From: Yuukianura sp. NJ FZ-2021
Lineage: Eukaryota
DNA: 64,000 nt
Assembly: GCA_046563655.1 (NCBI GenBank)
Contig: JAJCTO010000009.1
Location: 1,178,001 to 1,242,000 of the forward strand
Reading direction: 5' to 3'
The translations under genes and the position numbers were made by a program. Numbering within the stretch: the first letter of the stretch is position 1; every line of letters starts with the position of its first letter. Shown here in pieces: positions 22,901-37,900 of the stretch. A model generated the notes under the pieces. That model had not been told where the DNA came from and did not search any database. It saw nothing but the letters and a program-made list of their open reading frames with translations.

Positions 22901-25900
22901 TCAAGCATGCCTTCACTTTAGATGCAAACGATGAGTTCTCATTTTGACACCATGAATCATGACAACTCACACTTCAATCGACTTTCAGGGAAAAACCGAC
23001 TATTACATTTTCTAAATCAAAATTGAACATTCAGCATTTTTGGCCATTTTTGGATAAAATTTTTGGAAAATACTTTTTTATATTTCCTACCAACTTGCAC
23101 ATTAAATAGATCATGTCTGAAAACTTCTGCCCAACAATAGTCCGAAATTGTATTTTAGCCCAGCTCCACCATACCACAAGTGCATAAGTCTAACTACGAT
23201 TTAGGTTTAAACTTAGGGTTGAAACTATACAACAAGGTGTTAAACGTTGTGAAAAATGGAACTTATGCCTTGTTACCGCTTATACAAAAATTCTTGGTAT
23301 TCATCAAATAACGGTCCACTTCGTCGTAGTGCATAACTGACTAAATCACACGTTGAAAAACATGTTGTCAGCCTCCATCCTTGAGCTTAAACTAGAAGTG
23401 CCGGTAAAGTGTCAAGCATGCCTTCACTTTAGATGCAAACGATGAGTTCTCATTTTGACACCATGAATCATGACAACTCACACTTCAATCGAACTTCAGG
23501 GAAAAACCGACTATTACATTTTCTAAATCAAAATTGAACATTCAGCATTTCTGGCCATTTTTGGATAAAATTTTTGGAAAATACTTTTTAATATTTTCTA
23601 CCGACTTGCACATTAAATAGATCATGTCTGAAAACTTCTGCCCAACAATAGTCCGAAATTGTATTTTAGCACAGCTCCACCATACCACAAGTGCATAAGT
23701 CTAACTACGATTTAGGTTTAACTTAGGGTTGAAACTATACAACAAGGTGTCAAACGTTGTGAAAAATGGAATTTATGCCTTGTTACCGCTCATACCAAAA
23801 TTCTTGGTATTCATCAAATAACGGTCCACTTCGTCGTAATGCATAACTGACTAAATCACACGTTGAAAAACATGTTGTCAGCGTCCATCCTTGAGCTTAA
23901 ACTAGAAGTGCCGGTAAAGTGTCAAGCATGCCTTCACTTTAGATGCAAACGATGAGTTCTCATTTTGACACCATGAATCATGACAACTCACACTTCAATC
24001 GACTTTCAGGGAAAAACCGACTATTACATTTTCTAAATCAAAATTGAACATTCAGCATTTTTGGCCATTTTTGGATAAAATTTTTGGAAAATACTTTTTA
24101 ATATTTTCTACCGACTTGCACATTAAATAGATCATGTCTGAAAACTTCTGCCCAACAATAGTCCGAAATTGTATTTTAGCACAGCTCCACCATACCACAA
24201 GTGCATAAGTCTAACTACGATTTAGGTTTAACTTAGGGTTGAAACTATACAACAAGGTGTCAAACGTTGTGAAAAATGGAACTTATGCCTTGTTACCGCT
24301 CATACCAAAATTCTTGGTATTCATCAAATAACGGTCCACTTCGTCGTAGTGCATAACTGACTAAATCACACGTTGAAAAACATGTTGTCAGCGTCCATCC
24401 TTGAGCTCAAACTAGAAGTGCCAGTGAAGTGTCAAGCATGCCTTCACTTTAGATGCAAACCATGAGTTCTCATATTGACACCATGAATCATGACAACTCA
24501 CACTTCAATCGAACTTCAGGGAAAAACCGACTATTACATTTTCTAAATCAAAATTGAACATTCAGCATTTTTGGCCATTTTTGGATAAAATTTTTGGAAA
24601 ATACTTTTTAATATTTTCTACCGACTTGCACATTAAATAGATCATGTCTGAAAACTTCTGCCCAACAATAGTCCGAAATTGTATTTTAGCACAGCTCCAC
24701 CATACCACAAGTGCATAAGTCTAACTACGATTTAGGTTTAACTTATGGTTGAAACTATACAACAAGGTGTCAAACGTTGTGAAAAATGGAATTTATGCCT
24801 TGTTACCGCTCATACAAAAATTCTTGGTATTCATCAAATAACGGTCCACTTCGTCGTAGTGCATAACTGACTAAATCACACGTTGAAAAACATGTTGTCA
24901 GCCTCCATCCTTGAGCTTAAACTAGAAGTGCCGGTAAAGTGTCAAGCATGCCTTCACTTTAGATGCAAACGATGAGTTCTCATTTTGACACCATGAATCA
25001 TGACAACTCACACTTCAATCGAACTTCAGGGAAAAACCGACTATTACATTTTCTAAATCAAAATTGAACATTCAGCATTTTTGCCCATTTTTGGATAAAA
25101 TTTTTGGAAAATACTTTTTTATATTTCCTACCAACTTGCACATTAAATAGATCATGTCTGAAAACTTCTGCCCAACAATAGTCCGAAATTGTATTTTAGC
25201 CCAGCTCCACCATACCACAAGTGCATAAGTCTAACTACGATTTAGGTTTAAACTTAGGGTTGAAACTATACAACAAGGTGTTAAACGTTGTGAAAAATGG
25301 AACTTATGCCTTGTTACCGCTCATACCAAAATTCTTGGTATTCATCAAATAACGGTCCACTTCGTCGTAGTGCATAACTGACTAAATCACACGTTGAAAA
25401 ACATGTTGTCAGCCTCCATCCTTGAGCTTAAACTAGAAGTGCCGGTAAAGTGTCAAGCATGCCTTCACTTTAGATGCAAACGATGAGTTCTCATTTTGAC
25501 ACCATGAATCATGACAACTCACACTTCAATCGAACTTCAGGGAAAAACCGACTATTACATTTTCTAAATCAAAATTGAACATTCAGCATTTTTGGCCATT
25601 TTTGGATAAAATTTTTGGAAAATACTTTTTAATATTTTCTACCGACTTGCACATTAAATAGATCATGTCTGAAAACTTCTGCCCAACAATAGTCCGAAAT
25701 TGTATTTTAGCACAGCTCCACCATACCACAAGTGCATAAGTCTAACTACGATTTAGGTTTAACTTAGGGTTGAAACTATACAACAAGGTGTCAAACGTTG
25801 TGAAAAATGGAATTTATGCCTTGTTACCGCTCATACCAAAATTCTTGGTATTCATCAAATAACGGTCCACTTCGTCGTAATGCATAACTGACTAAATCAC

Positions 25901-28900
25901 ACGTTGAAAAACATGTTGTCAGCGTCCATCCTTGAGCTTAAACTAGAAGTGCCGGTAAAGTGTCAAGCATGCCTTCACTTTAGATGCAAACGATGAGTTC
26001 TCATTTTGACACCATGAATCATGACAACTCACACTTCAATCGAACTTCAGGGAAAAACCGACTATTACATTTTCTAAATCAAAATTGAACATTCAGCATT
26101 TTTGGCCCATTTTTGGATAAAATTTTTGGAAAATACTTTTTTATATTTCCTACCAACTTGCACATTAAATAGATCATGTCTGAAAACTTCTGCCCAACAA
26201 TAGTCCGAAATTGTATTTTAGCACAGCTCCACCATACCACAAGTGCATAAGTCTAACTACGATTTAGGTTAAACTTAGGGTTGAAACTATACAACAAGGT
26301 GTTAAACGTTGTGAAAAATTGCATTTATGCCTTGTTACCGCTTATACCAAAATTCTTGGTATTCATCAAATAACGGTCCACTTCGTCGTAGTGCATAACT
26401 GACTAAATCACACGTTGAAAAACATGTTGTCAGCCTCCATCCTTGAGCTTAAACTAGAAGTGCCGGTAAAGTGTCAAGCATGCCTTCACTTTAGATGCAA
26501 ACGATGAGTTCTCATTTTGACACCATGAATCATGACAACTCACACTTCAATCGAACTTCAGGGAAAAACCGACTATTACATTTTCTAAATCAAAATTGAA
26601 CATTCAGCATTTTTGGCCATTTTTGGATAAAATTTTTGGAAAATACTTTTTAATATTTTCTACCGACTTGCACATTAAATAGATCATGTCTGAAAACTTC
26701 TGCCCAACAATAGTCCGAAATTGTATTTTAGCACAGCTCCACCATACCACAAGTGCATAAGTCTAACTACGATTTAGGTTTAACTTAGGGTTGAAACTAT
26801 ACAACAAGGTGTCAAACGTTGTGAAAAATGGAATTTATGCCTTGTTACCGCTCATACCAAAATTCTTGGTATTCATCAAATAACGGTCCACTTCGTCGTA
26901 ATGCATAACTGACTAAATCACACGTTGAAAAACATGTTGTCAGCGTCCATCCTTGAGCTTAAACTAGAAGTGCCGGTAAAGTGTCAAGCATGCCTTCACT
27001 TTAGATGCAAACGATGAGTTCTCATTTTGACACCATGAATCATGACAACTCACACTTCAATCGACTTTCAGGGAAAAACCGACTATTACATTTTCTAAAT
27101 CAAAATTGAACATTCAGCATTTTTGGCCATTTTTGGATAAAATTTTTGGAAAATACTTTTTAATATTTTCTACCGACTTGCACATTAAATAGATCATGTC
27201 TGAAAACTTCTGCCCAACAATAGTCCGAAATTGTATTTTAGCACAGCTCCACCATACCACAAGTGCATAAGTCTAACTACGATTTAGGTTTAACTTAGGG
27301 TTGAAACTATACAACAAGGTGTCAAACGTTGTGAAAAATGGAATTTATGCCTTGTTACCGCTCATACCAAAATTCTTGGTATTCATCAAATAACGGTCCA
27401 CTTCGTCGTAATGCATAACTGACTAAATCACACGTTGAAAAACATGTTGTCAGCGTCCATCCTTGAGCTCAAACTAGAAGTGCCGGTGAAGTGTCAAGCA
27501 TGCCTTCACTTTAGATGCAAACCATGAGTTCTCATATTGACACCATGAATCATGACAACTCACACTTCAATCGAACTTCAGGGAAAAACCGACTATTACA
27601 TTTTCTAAATCAAAATTGAACATTCAGCATTTTTGGCCATTTTTGGATAAAATTTTTGGAAAATACTTTTTAATATTTTCTACCGACTTGCACATTAAAT
27701 AGATCATGTCTGAAAACTTCTGCCCAACAATAGTCCGAAATTGTATTTTAGCACAGCTCCACCATACCACAAGTGCATAAGTCTAACTACGATTTAGGTT
27801 TAACTTAGGGTTGAAACTATACAACAAGGTGTCAAACGTTGTGAAAAATGGAATTTATGCCTTGTTACCGCTCATACCAAAATTCTTGGTATTCATCAAA
27901 TAACGGTCCACTTCGTCGTAATGCATAACTGACTAAATCACACGTTGAAAAACATGTTGTCAGCGTCCATCCTTGAGCTTAAACTAGAAGTGCCGGTAAA
28001 GTGTCAAGCATGCCTTCACTTTAGATGCAAACGATGAGTTCTCATTTTGACACCATGAATCATGACAACTCACACTTCAATCGACTTTCAGGGAAAAACC
28101 GACTATTACATTTTCTAAATCAAAATTGAACATTCAGCATTTTTGGCCATTTTTGGATAAAATTTTTGGAAAATACTTTTTAATATTTTCTACCGACTTG
28201 CACATTAAATAGATCATGTCTGAAAACTTCTGCCCAACAATAGTCCGAAATTGTATTTTAGCACAGCTCCACCATACCACAAGTGCATAAGTCTAACTAC
28301 GATTTAGGTTTAACTTAGGGTTGAAACTATACAACAAGGTGTCAAACGTTGTGAAAAATGGAACTTATGCCTTGTTACCGCTCATACCAAAATTCTTGGT
28401 ATTCATCAAATAACGGTCCACTTCGTCGTAGTGCATAACTGACTAAATCACACGTTGAAAAACATGTTGTCAGCGTCCATCCTTGAGCTCAAACTAGAAG
28501 TGCCGGTGAAGTGTCAAGCATGCCTTCACTTTAGATGCAAACCATGAGTTCTCATATTGACACCATGAATCATGACAACTCACACTTCAATCGAACTTCA
28601 GGGAAAAACCGACTATTACATTTTCTAAATCAAAATTGAACATTCAGCATTTTTGGCCATTTTTGGATAAAATTTTTGGAAAATACTTTTTAATATTTTC
28701 TACCGACTTGCACATTAAATAGATCATGTCTGAAAACTTCTGCCCAACAATAGTCCGAAATTGTATTTTAGCACAGCTCCACCATACCACAAGTGCATAA
28801 GTCTAACTACGATTTAGGTTTAACTTAGGGTTGAAACTATACAACAAGGTGTCAAACGTTGTGAAAAATGGAATTTATGCCTTGTTACCGCTCATACCAA

Positions 28901-31900
28901 AATTCTTGGTATTCATCAAATAACGGTCCACTTCGTCGTAGTGCATAACTGACTAAATCACACGTTGAAAAACATGTTGTCAGCCTCCATCCTTGAGCTT
29001 AAACTAGAAGTGCCGGTAAAGTGTCAAGCATGCCTTCACTTTAGATGCAAACGATGAGTTCTCATTTTGACACCATGAATCATGACAACTCACACTTCAA
29101 TCGAACTTCAGGGAAAAACCGACTATTACATTTTCTAAATCAAAATTGAACATTCAGCATTTTTGGCCATTTTTGGATAAAATTTTTGGAAAATACTTTT
29201 TAATATTTTCTACCGACTTGCACATTAAATAGATCATGTCTGAAAACTTCTGCCCAACAATAGTCCGAAATTGTATTTTAGCACAGCTCCACCATACCAC
29301 AAGTGCATAAGTCTAACTACGATTTAGGTTTAACTTAGGGTTGAAACTATACAACAAGGTGTCAAACGTTGTGAAAAATGGAATTTATGCCTTGTTACCG
29401 CTCATACCAAAATTCTTGGTATTCATCAAATAACGGTCCACTTCGTCGTAATGCATAACTGACTAAATCACACGTTGAAAAACATGTTGTCAGCGTCCAT
29501 CCTTGAGCTTAAACTAGAAGTGCCGGTAAAGTGTCAAGCATGCCTTCACTTTAGATGCAAACGATGAGTTCTCATTTTGACACCATGAATCATGACAACT
29601 CACACTTCAATCGACTTTCAGGGAAAAACCGACTATTACATTTTCTAAATCAAAATTGAACATTCAGCATTTTTGGCCATTTTTGGATAAAATTTTTGGA
29701 AAATACTTTTTTATATTTCCTACCAACTTGCACATTAAATCATTTTTGGATAAAATTTTTGGAAAATACTTTTTTATATTTCCTACCAACTTGCACATTA
29801 AATAGATCATGTCTGAAAACTTCTGCCCAACAATAGTCCGAAATTGTATTTTAGCCCAGCTCCACCATACCACAAGTGCATAAGTCTAACTACGATTTAG
29901 GTTTAACTTAGGGTTGAAACTATACAACAAGGTGTTAAATGTTCTGAAAAATTGCATTTATGCCTTGTTACCGCTTATACCAAAATTCTTGGTATTCATC
30001 AAATAACGGTCCACTTCGTCGTAGTGCATAACTGACTAAATCACACGTTGAAAAACATGTTGTCAGCCTCCATCCTTGAGCTTAAACTAGAAGTGCCGGT
30101 AAAGTGTCAAGCATGCCTTCACTTTAGATGCAAACGATGAGTTCTCATTTTGACACCATGAATCATGACAACTCACACTTCAATCGAACTTCAGGGAAAA
30201 ACCGACTATTACATTTTCTAAATCAAAATTGAACATTCAGCATTTTTGGCCATTTTTGGATAAAATTTTTGGAAAATACTTTTTAATATTTTCTACCGAC
30301 TTGCACATTAAATAGATCATGTCTGAAAACTTCTGCCCAACAATAGTCCGAAATTGTATTTTAGCACAGCTCCACCATACCACAAGTGCATAAGTCTAAC
30401 TACGATTTAGGTTTAACTTAGGGTTGAAACTATACAACAAGGTGTCAAACGTTGTGAAAAATGGAATTTATGCCTTGTTACCGCTCATACCAAAATTCTT
30501 GGTATTCATCAAATAACGGTCCACTTCGTCGTAATGCATAACTGACTAAATCACACGTTGAAAAACATGTTGTCAGCGTCCATCCTTGAGCTCAAACTAG
30601 AAGTGCCGGTAAAGTGTCAAGCATGCCTTCACTTTAGATGCAAACCATGAGTTCTCATTTTGACACCATGAATCATGACAACTCACACTTCAATCGAACT
30701 TCAGGGAAAAACCGACTATTACATTTTCTAAATCAAAATTGAACATTCAGCATTTTTGGCCATTTTTGGATAAAATTTTTGGAAAATACTTTTTAATATT
30801 TTCTACCGACTTGCACATTAAATAGATCATGTCTGAAAACTTCTGCCCAACAATAGTCCGAAATTGTATTTTAGCACAGCTCCACCATACCACAAGTGCA
30901 TAAGTCTAACTACGATTTAGGTTTAACTTAGGGTTGAAACTATACAACAAGGTGTCAAACGTTGTGAAAAATGGAATTTATGCCTTGTTACCGCTCATAC
31001 CAAAATTCTTGGTATTCATCAAATAACGGTCCACTTCGTCGTAATGCATAACTGACTAAATCACACGTTGAAAAACATGTTGTCAGCGTCCATCCTTGAG
31101 CTCAAACTAGAAGTGCCGGTAAAGTGTCAAGCATGCCTTCACTTTAGATGCAAACCATGAGTTCTCATTTTGACACCATGAATCATGACAACTCACACTT
31201 CAATCGAACTTCAGGGAAAAACCGACTATTACATTTTCTAAATCAAAATTGAACATTCAGCATTTTTGGCCATTTTTGGATAAAATTTTTGGAAAATACT
31301 TTTTAATATTTTCTACCGACTTGCACATTAAATAGATCATGTCTGAAAACTTCTGCCCAACAATAGTCCGAAATTGTATTTTAGCACAGCTCCACCATAC
31401 CACAAGTGCATAAGTCTAACTACGATTTAGGTTTAACTTAGGGTTGAAACTATACAACAAGGTGTCAAACGTTGTGAAAAATGGAATTTATGCCTTGTTA
31501 CCGCTCATACCAAAATTCTTGGTATTCATCAAATAACGGTCCACTTCGTCGTAATGCATAACTGACTAAATCACACGTTGAAAAACATGTTGTCAGCGTC
31601 CATCCTTGAGCTCAAGCTAGAAGTGCCGGTGAAGTGTCAAGCATGCCTTCACTTTAGATGCAAACCATGAGTTCTCATTTTGACACCATGAATCATGACA
31701 ACTCACACTTCAATCGAACTTCAGGGAAAAACCGACTATTACATTTTCTAAATCAAAATTGAACATTCAGCATTTTTGGCCATTTTTGGATAAAATTTTT
31801 GGAAAATACTTTTTAATATTTTCTACCGACTTGCACATTAAATAGATCATGTCTGAAAACTTCTGCCCAACAATAGTCCGAAATTGTATTTTAGCACAGC

Positions 31901-34900
31901 TCCACCATACCACAAGTGCATAAGTCTAACTACGATTTAGGTTTAACTTAGGGTTGAAACTATACAACAAGGTGTCAAACGTTGTGAAAAATGGAATTTA
32001 TGCCTTGTTACCGCTCATACCAAAATTCTTGGTATTCATCAAATAACGGTCCACTTCGTCGTAATGCATAACTGACTAAATCACACGTTGAAAAACATGT
32101 TGTCAGCCTCCATCCTTGAGCTTAAACTAGAAGTGCCGGTAAAGTGTCAAGCATGCCTTCACTTTAGATGCAAACGATGAGTTCTCATTTTGACACCATG
32201 AATCATGACAACTCACACTTCAATCGAACTTCAGGGAAAAACCGACTATTACATTTTCTAAATCAAAATTGAACATTCAGCATTTTTGGCCATTTTTGGA
32301 TAAAATTTTTGGAAAATACTTTTTAATATTTTCTACCGACTTGCACATTAAATAGATCATGTCTGAAAACTTCTGCCCAACAATAGTCCGAAATTGTATT
32401 TTAGCACAGCTCCACCATACCACAAGTGCATAAGTCTAACTACGATTTAGGTTTAACTTAGGGTTGAAACTATACAACAAGGTGTCAAACGTTGTGAAAA
32501 ATGGAATTTATGCCTTGTTACCGCTCATACCAAAATTCTTGGTATTCATCAAATAACGGTCCACTTCGTCGTAATGCATAACTGACTAAATCACACGTTG
32601 AAAAACATGTTGTCAGCCTCCATCCTTGAGCTTAAACTAGAAGTGCCGGTAAAGTGTCAAGCATGCCTTCACTTTAGATGCAAACGATGAGTTCTCATTT
32701 TGACACCATGAATCATGACAACTCACACTTCAATCGAACTTCAGGGAAAAACCGACTATTACATTTTCTAAATCAAAATTGAACATTCAGCATTTTTGGC
32801 CATTTTTGGATAAAATTTTTGGAAAATACTTTTTAATATTTTCTACCGACTTGCACATTAAATAGATCATGTCTGAAAACTTCTGCCCAACAATAGTCCG
32901 AAATTGTATTTTAGCACAGCTCCACCATACCACAAGTGCATAAGTCTAACTACGATTTAGGTTTAACTTAGGGTTGAAACTATACAACAAGGTGTCAAAC
33001 GTTGTGAAAAATGGAATTTATGCCTTGTTACCGCTCATACCAAAATTCTTGGTATTCATCAAATAACGGTCCACTTCGTCGTAATGCATAACTGACTAAA
33101 TCACACGTTGAAAAACATGTTGTCAGCGTCCATCCTTGAGCTTAAACTAGAAGTGCCGGTAAAGTGTCAAGCATGCCTTCACTTTAGATGCAAACGATGA
33201 GTTCTCATTTTGACACCATGAATCATGACAACTCACACTTCAATCGAACTTCAGGGAAAAACCGACTATTACATTTTCTAAATCAAAATTGAACATTCAG
33301 CATTTTTGGCCATTTTTGGATAAAATTTTTGGAAAATACTTTTTAATATTTTCTACCGACTTGCACATTAAATAGATCATGTCTGAAAACTTCTGCCCAA
33401 CAATAGTCCGAAATTGTATTTTAGCACAGCTCCACCATACCACAAGTGCATAAGTCTAACTACGATTTAGGTTTAACTTAGGGTTGAAACTATACAACAA
33501 GGTGTCAAACGTTGTGAAAAATGGAATTTATGCCTTGTTACCGCTCATACCAAAATTCTTGGTATTCATCAAATAACGGTCCACTTCGTCGTAATGCATA
33601 ACTGACTAAATCACACGTTGAAAAACATGTTGTCAGCGTCCATCCTTGAGCTTAAACTAGAAGTGCCGGTAAAGTGTCAAGCATGCCTTCACTTTAGATG
33701 CAAACGATGAGTTCTCATTTTGACACCATGAATCATGACAACTCACACTTCAATCGAACTTCAGGGAAAAACCGACTATTACATTTTCTAAATCAAAATT
33801 GAACATTCAGCATTTTTGGCCATTTTTGGATAAAATTTTTGGAAAATACTTTTTAATATTTTCTACCGACTTGCACATTAAATAGATCATGTCTGAAAAC
33901 TTCTGCCCAACAATAGTCCGAAATTGTATTTTAGCACAGCTCCACCATACCACAAGTGCATAAGTCTAACTACGATTTAGGTTTAACTTAGGGTTGAAAC
34001 TATACAACAAGGTGTCAAACGTTGTGAAAAATGGAATTTATGCCTTGTTACCGCTCATACCAAAATTCTTGGTATTCATCAAATAACGGTCCACTTCGTC
34101 GTAATGCATAACTGACTAAATCACACGTTGAAAAACATGTTGTCAGCGTCCATCCTTGAGCTTAAACTAGAAGTGCCGGTAAAGTGTCAAGCATGCCTTC
34201 ACTTTAGATGCAAACGATGAGTTCTCATTTTGACACCATGAATCATGACAACTCACACTTCAATCGAACTTCAGGGAAAAACCGACTATTACATTTTCTA
34301 AATCAAAATTGAACATTCAGCATTTTTGGCCATTTTTGGATAAAATTTTTGGAAAATACTTTTTAATATTTTCTACCGACTTGCACATTAAATAGATCAT
34401 GTCTGAAAACTTCTGCCCAACAATAGTCCGAAATTGTATTTTAGCACAGCTCCACCATACCACAAGTGCATAAGTCTAACTACGATTTAGGTTTAACTTA
34501 GGGTTGAAACTATACAACAAGGTGTCAAACGTTGTGAAAAATGGAATTTATGCCTTGTTACCGCTCATACCAAAATTCTTGGTATTCATCAAATAACGGT
34601 CCACTTCGTCGTAATGCATAACTGACTAAATCACACGTTGAAAAACATGTTGTCAGCGTCCATCCTTGAGCTCAAACTAGAAGTGCCGGTGAAGTGTCAA
34701 GCATGCCTTCACTTCAGATGCAACCCATGAGTTTTCACTTTGACATCATAAATCATGATAACTCACACGTCGATGGAACTTCAGGGAAAAACCCACTATT
34801 ACATTTTCTAAATCAAAATTGAACATTCAGCATTTTTGGCCATTTCTGGATACAATTTTTGGAAAATACTTTTTTATATTTCCTACCAACTTGCACATTA

Positions 34901-37900
34901 AATAGATCATGTCTGAAAACTTCTGCCCAACAATAGTCCGAAATTGTATTTTAGCACAGCTCCACCATACCACAAGTGCATAAGTCTAACTACGATTTAG
35001 GTTAAACTTAGGGTTGAAACTATACAACAAGGTGTTAAACGTTGTGAAAAATGGAACTTATGCCTTGTTACCGCTCATACCAAAATTCTTGGTATTCATC
35101 AAATAACGGTCCACTTCGTCGTAATGCATAACTGACTAAATCACACGTTGAAAAACATGTTGTCAGCCTCCATCCTTGAGCTTAAACTAGAAGTGCCGGT
35201 AAAGTGTCAAGCATGCCTTCACTTTAGATGCAAACGATGAGTTCTCATTTTGACACCATGAATCATGACAACTCACACTTCAATTGAACTTCAGTGAAAA
35301 ACAGACTATTACATTTTCTAAATCAAAATTGAACATTCAGCATTTTTGGCCATTTTTGGATAAAATTTTTGGAAAATACTTTTTTATATTTCCTACCGAC
35401 TTGCACATTAAATAGATCATGTCTGAAAACTTCTGCCCAACAATAGTCCGAAATTGTATTTTAGCACAGCTCCACCATACCACAAGTGCATAAGTCTAAC
35501 TACGATTTAGGTTTAACTTAGGGTTGAAACTATACAACAAGGTGTTAAACGTTCTGAAAAATGGAATTTATGCCTTTTTACCGCTTATACCAAAAATTCT
35601 TGGTATTCATCAAATAACGGTCCACTTCGTCGTAGTGCATAACTGACTAAATCACACGTTGAAAAACATGTTGTCAGCGTCCATCCTTGAGCTTTAACTA
35701 GAAGTGCCGGTAAAGTGTCAAGCATGCCTTCACTTTAGATGCAAACGATGAGTTCTCATTTTGACACCATGAATCATGACAACTCACACTTCAATCGAAC
35801 TTCAGGGAAAAACCGACTATTACATTTTCTAAATCAAAATTGAACATTCAGCATTTTTGGCCATTTTTGGATAAAATTTTTGGAAAATACTTTTTAATAT
35901 TTTCTACCGACTTGCACATTAAATAGATCATGTCTGAAAACTTCTGCCCAACAATAGTCCGAAATTGTATTTTAGCACAGCTCCACCATACCACAAGTGC
36001 ATAAGTCTAACTACGATTTAGGTTTAACTTAGGGTTGAAACTATACAACAAGGTGTCAAACGTTGTGAAAAATGGAATTTATGCCTTGTTACCGCTCATA
36101 CCAAAATTCTTGGTATTCATCAAATAACGGTCCACTTCGTCGTAATGCATAACTGACTAAATCACACGTTGAAAAACATGTTGTCAGCGTCCATCCTTGA
36201 GCTCAAACTAGAAGTGCCGGTGAAGTGTCAAGCATGCCTTCACTTCAGATGCAACCCATGAGTTTTCACTTTGACATCATAAATCATGACAACTCACACT
36301 TCAATCGAACTTCAGGGAAAAACCGACTATTACATTTTCTAAATCAAAATTGAACATTCAGCATTTTTGGCCATTTTTGGATAAAATTTTTGGAAAATAC
36401 TTTTTAATATTTTCTACCGACTTGCACATTAAATAGATCATGTCTGAAAACTTCTGCCCAACAATAGTCCGAAATTGTATTTTAGCACAGCTCCACCATA
36501 CCACAAGTGCATAAGTCTAACTACGATTTAGGTTTAACTTAGGGTTGAAACTATACAACAAGGTGTCAAACGTTGTGAAAAATGGAATTTATGCCTTGTT
36601 ACCGCTCATACCAAAATTCTTGGTATTCATCAAATAACGGTCCACTTCGTCGTAATGCATAACTGACTAAATCACACGTTGAAAAACATGTTGTCAGCGT
36701 CCATCCTTGAGCTCAAACTAGAAGTGCCGGTGAAGTGTCAAGCATGCCTTCACTTTAGATGCAAACCATGAGTTCTCATATTGACACCATGAATCATGAC
36801 AACTCACACTTCAATCGAACTTCAGGGAAAAACCGACTATTACATTTTCTAAATCAAAATTGAACATTCAGCATTTTTGGCCATTTTTGGATAAAATTTT
36901 TGGAAAATACTTTTTAATATTTTCTACCGACTTGCACATTAAATAGATCATGTCTGAAAACTTCTGCCCAACAATAGTCCGAAATTGTATTTTAGCACAG
37001 CTCCACCATACCACAAGTGCATAAGTCTAACTACGATTTAGGTTTAACTTAGGGTTGAAACTATACAACAAGGTGTCAAACGTTGTGAAAAATGGAATTT
37101 ATGCCTTGTTACCGCTCATACCAAAATTCTTGGTATTCATCAAATAACGGTCCACTTCGTCGTAATGCATAACTGACTAAATCACACGTTGAAAAACATG
37201 TTGTCAGCGTCCATCCTTGAGCTCAAACTAGAAGTGCCGGTGAAGTGTCAAGCATGCCTTCACTTCAGATGCAACCCATGAGTTCTCACTTTGACACCAT
37301 GAATCATGACAACTCACACTTCAATCGAACTTCAGGGAAAAACCGACTATTACATTTTCTAAATCAAAATTGAACATTCAGCATTTTTGGCCATTTTTGG
37401 ATAAAATTTTTGGAAAATACTTTTTAATATTTTCTACCGACTTGCACATTAAATAGATCATGTCTGAAAACTTCTGCCCAACAATAGTCCGAAATTGTAT
37501 TTTAGCACAGCTCCACCATACCACAAGTGCATAAGTCTAACTACGATTTAGGTTTAACTTAGGGTTGAAACTATACAACAAGGTGTCAAACGTTGTGAAA
37601 AATGGAATTTATGCCTTGTTACCGCTCATACCAAAATTCTTGGTATTCATCAAATAACGGTCCACTTCGTCGTAGTGCATAACTGACTAAATCACACGTT
37701 GAAAAACATGTTGTCAGCGTCCATCCTTGAGCTTAAACTAGAAGTGCCGGTAAAGTGTCAAGCATGCCTTCACTTTAGATGCAAACGATGAGTTCTCATT
37801 TTGACACCATGAATCATGACAACTCACACTTCAATCGACTTTCAGGGAAAAACCGACTATTACATTTTCTAAATCAAAATTGAACATTCAGCATTTTTGG

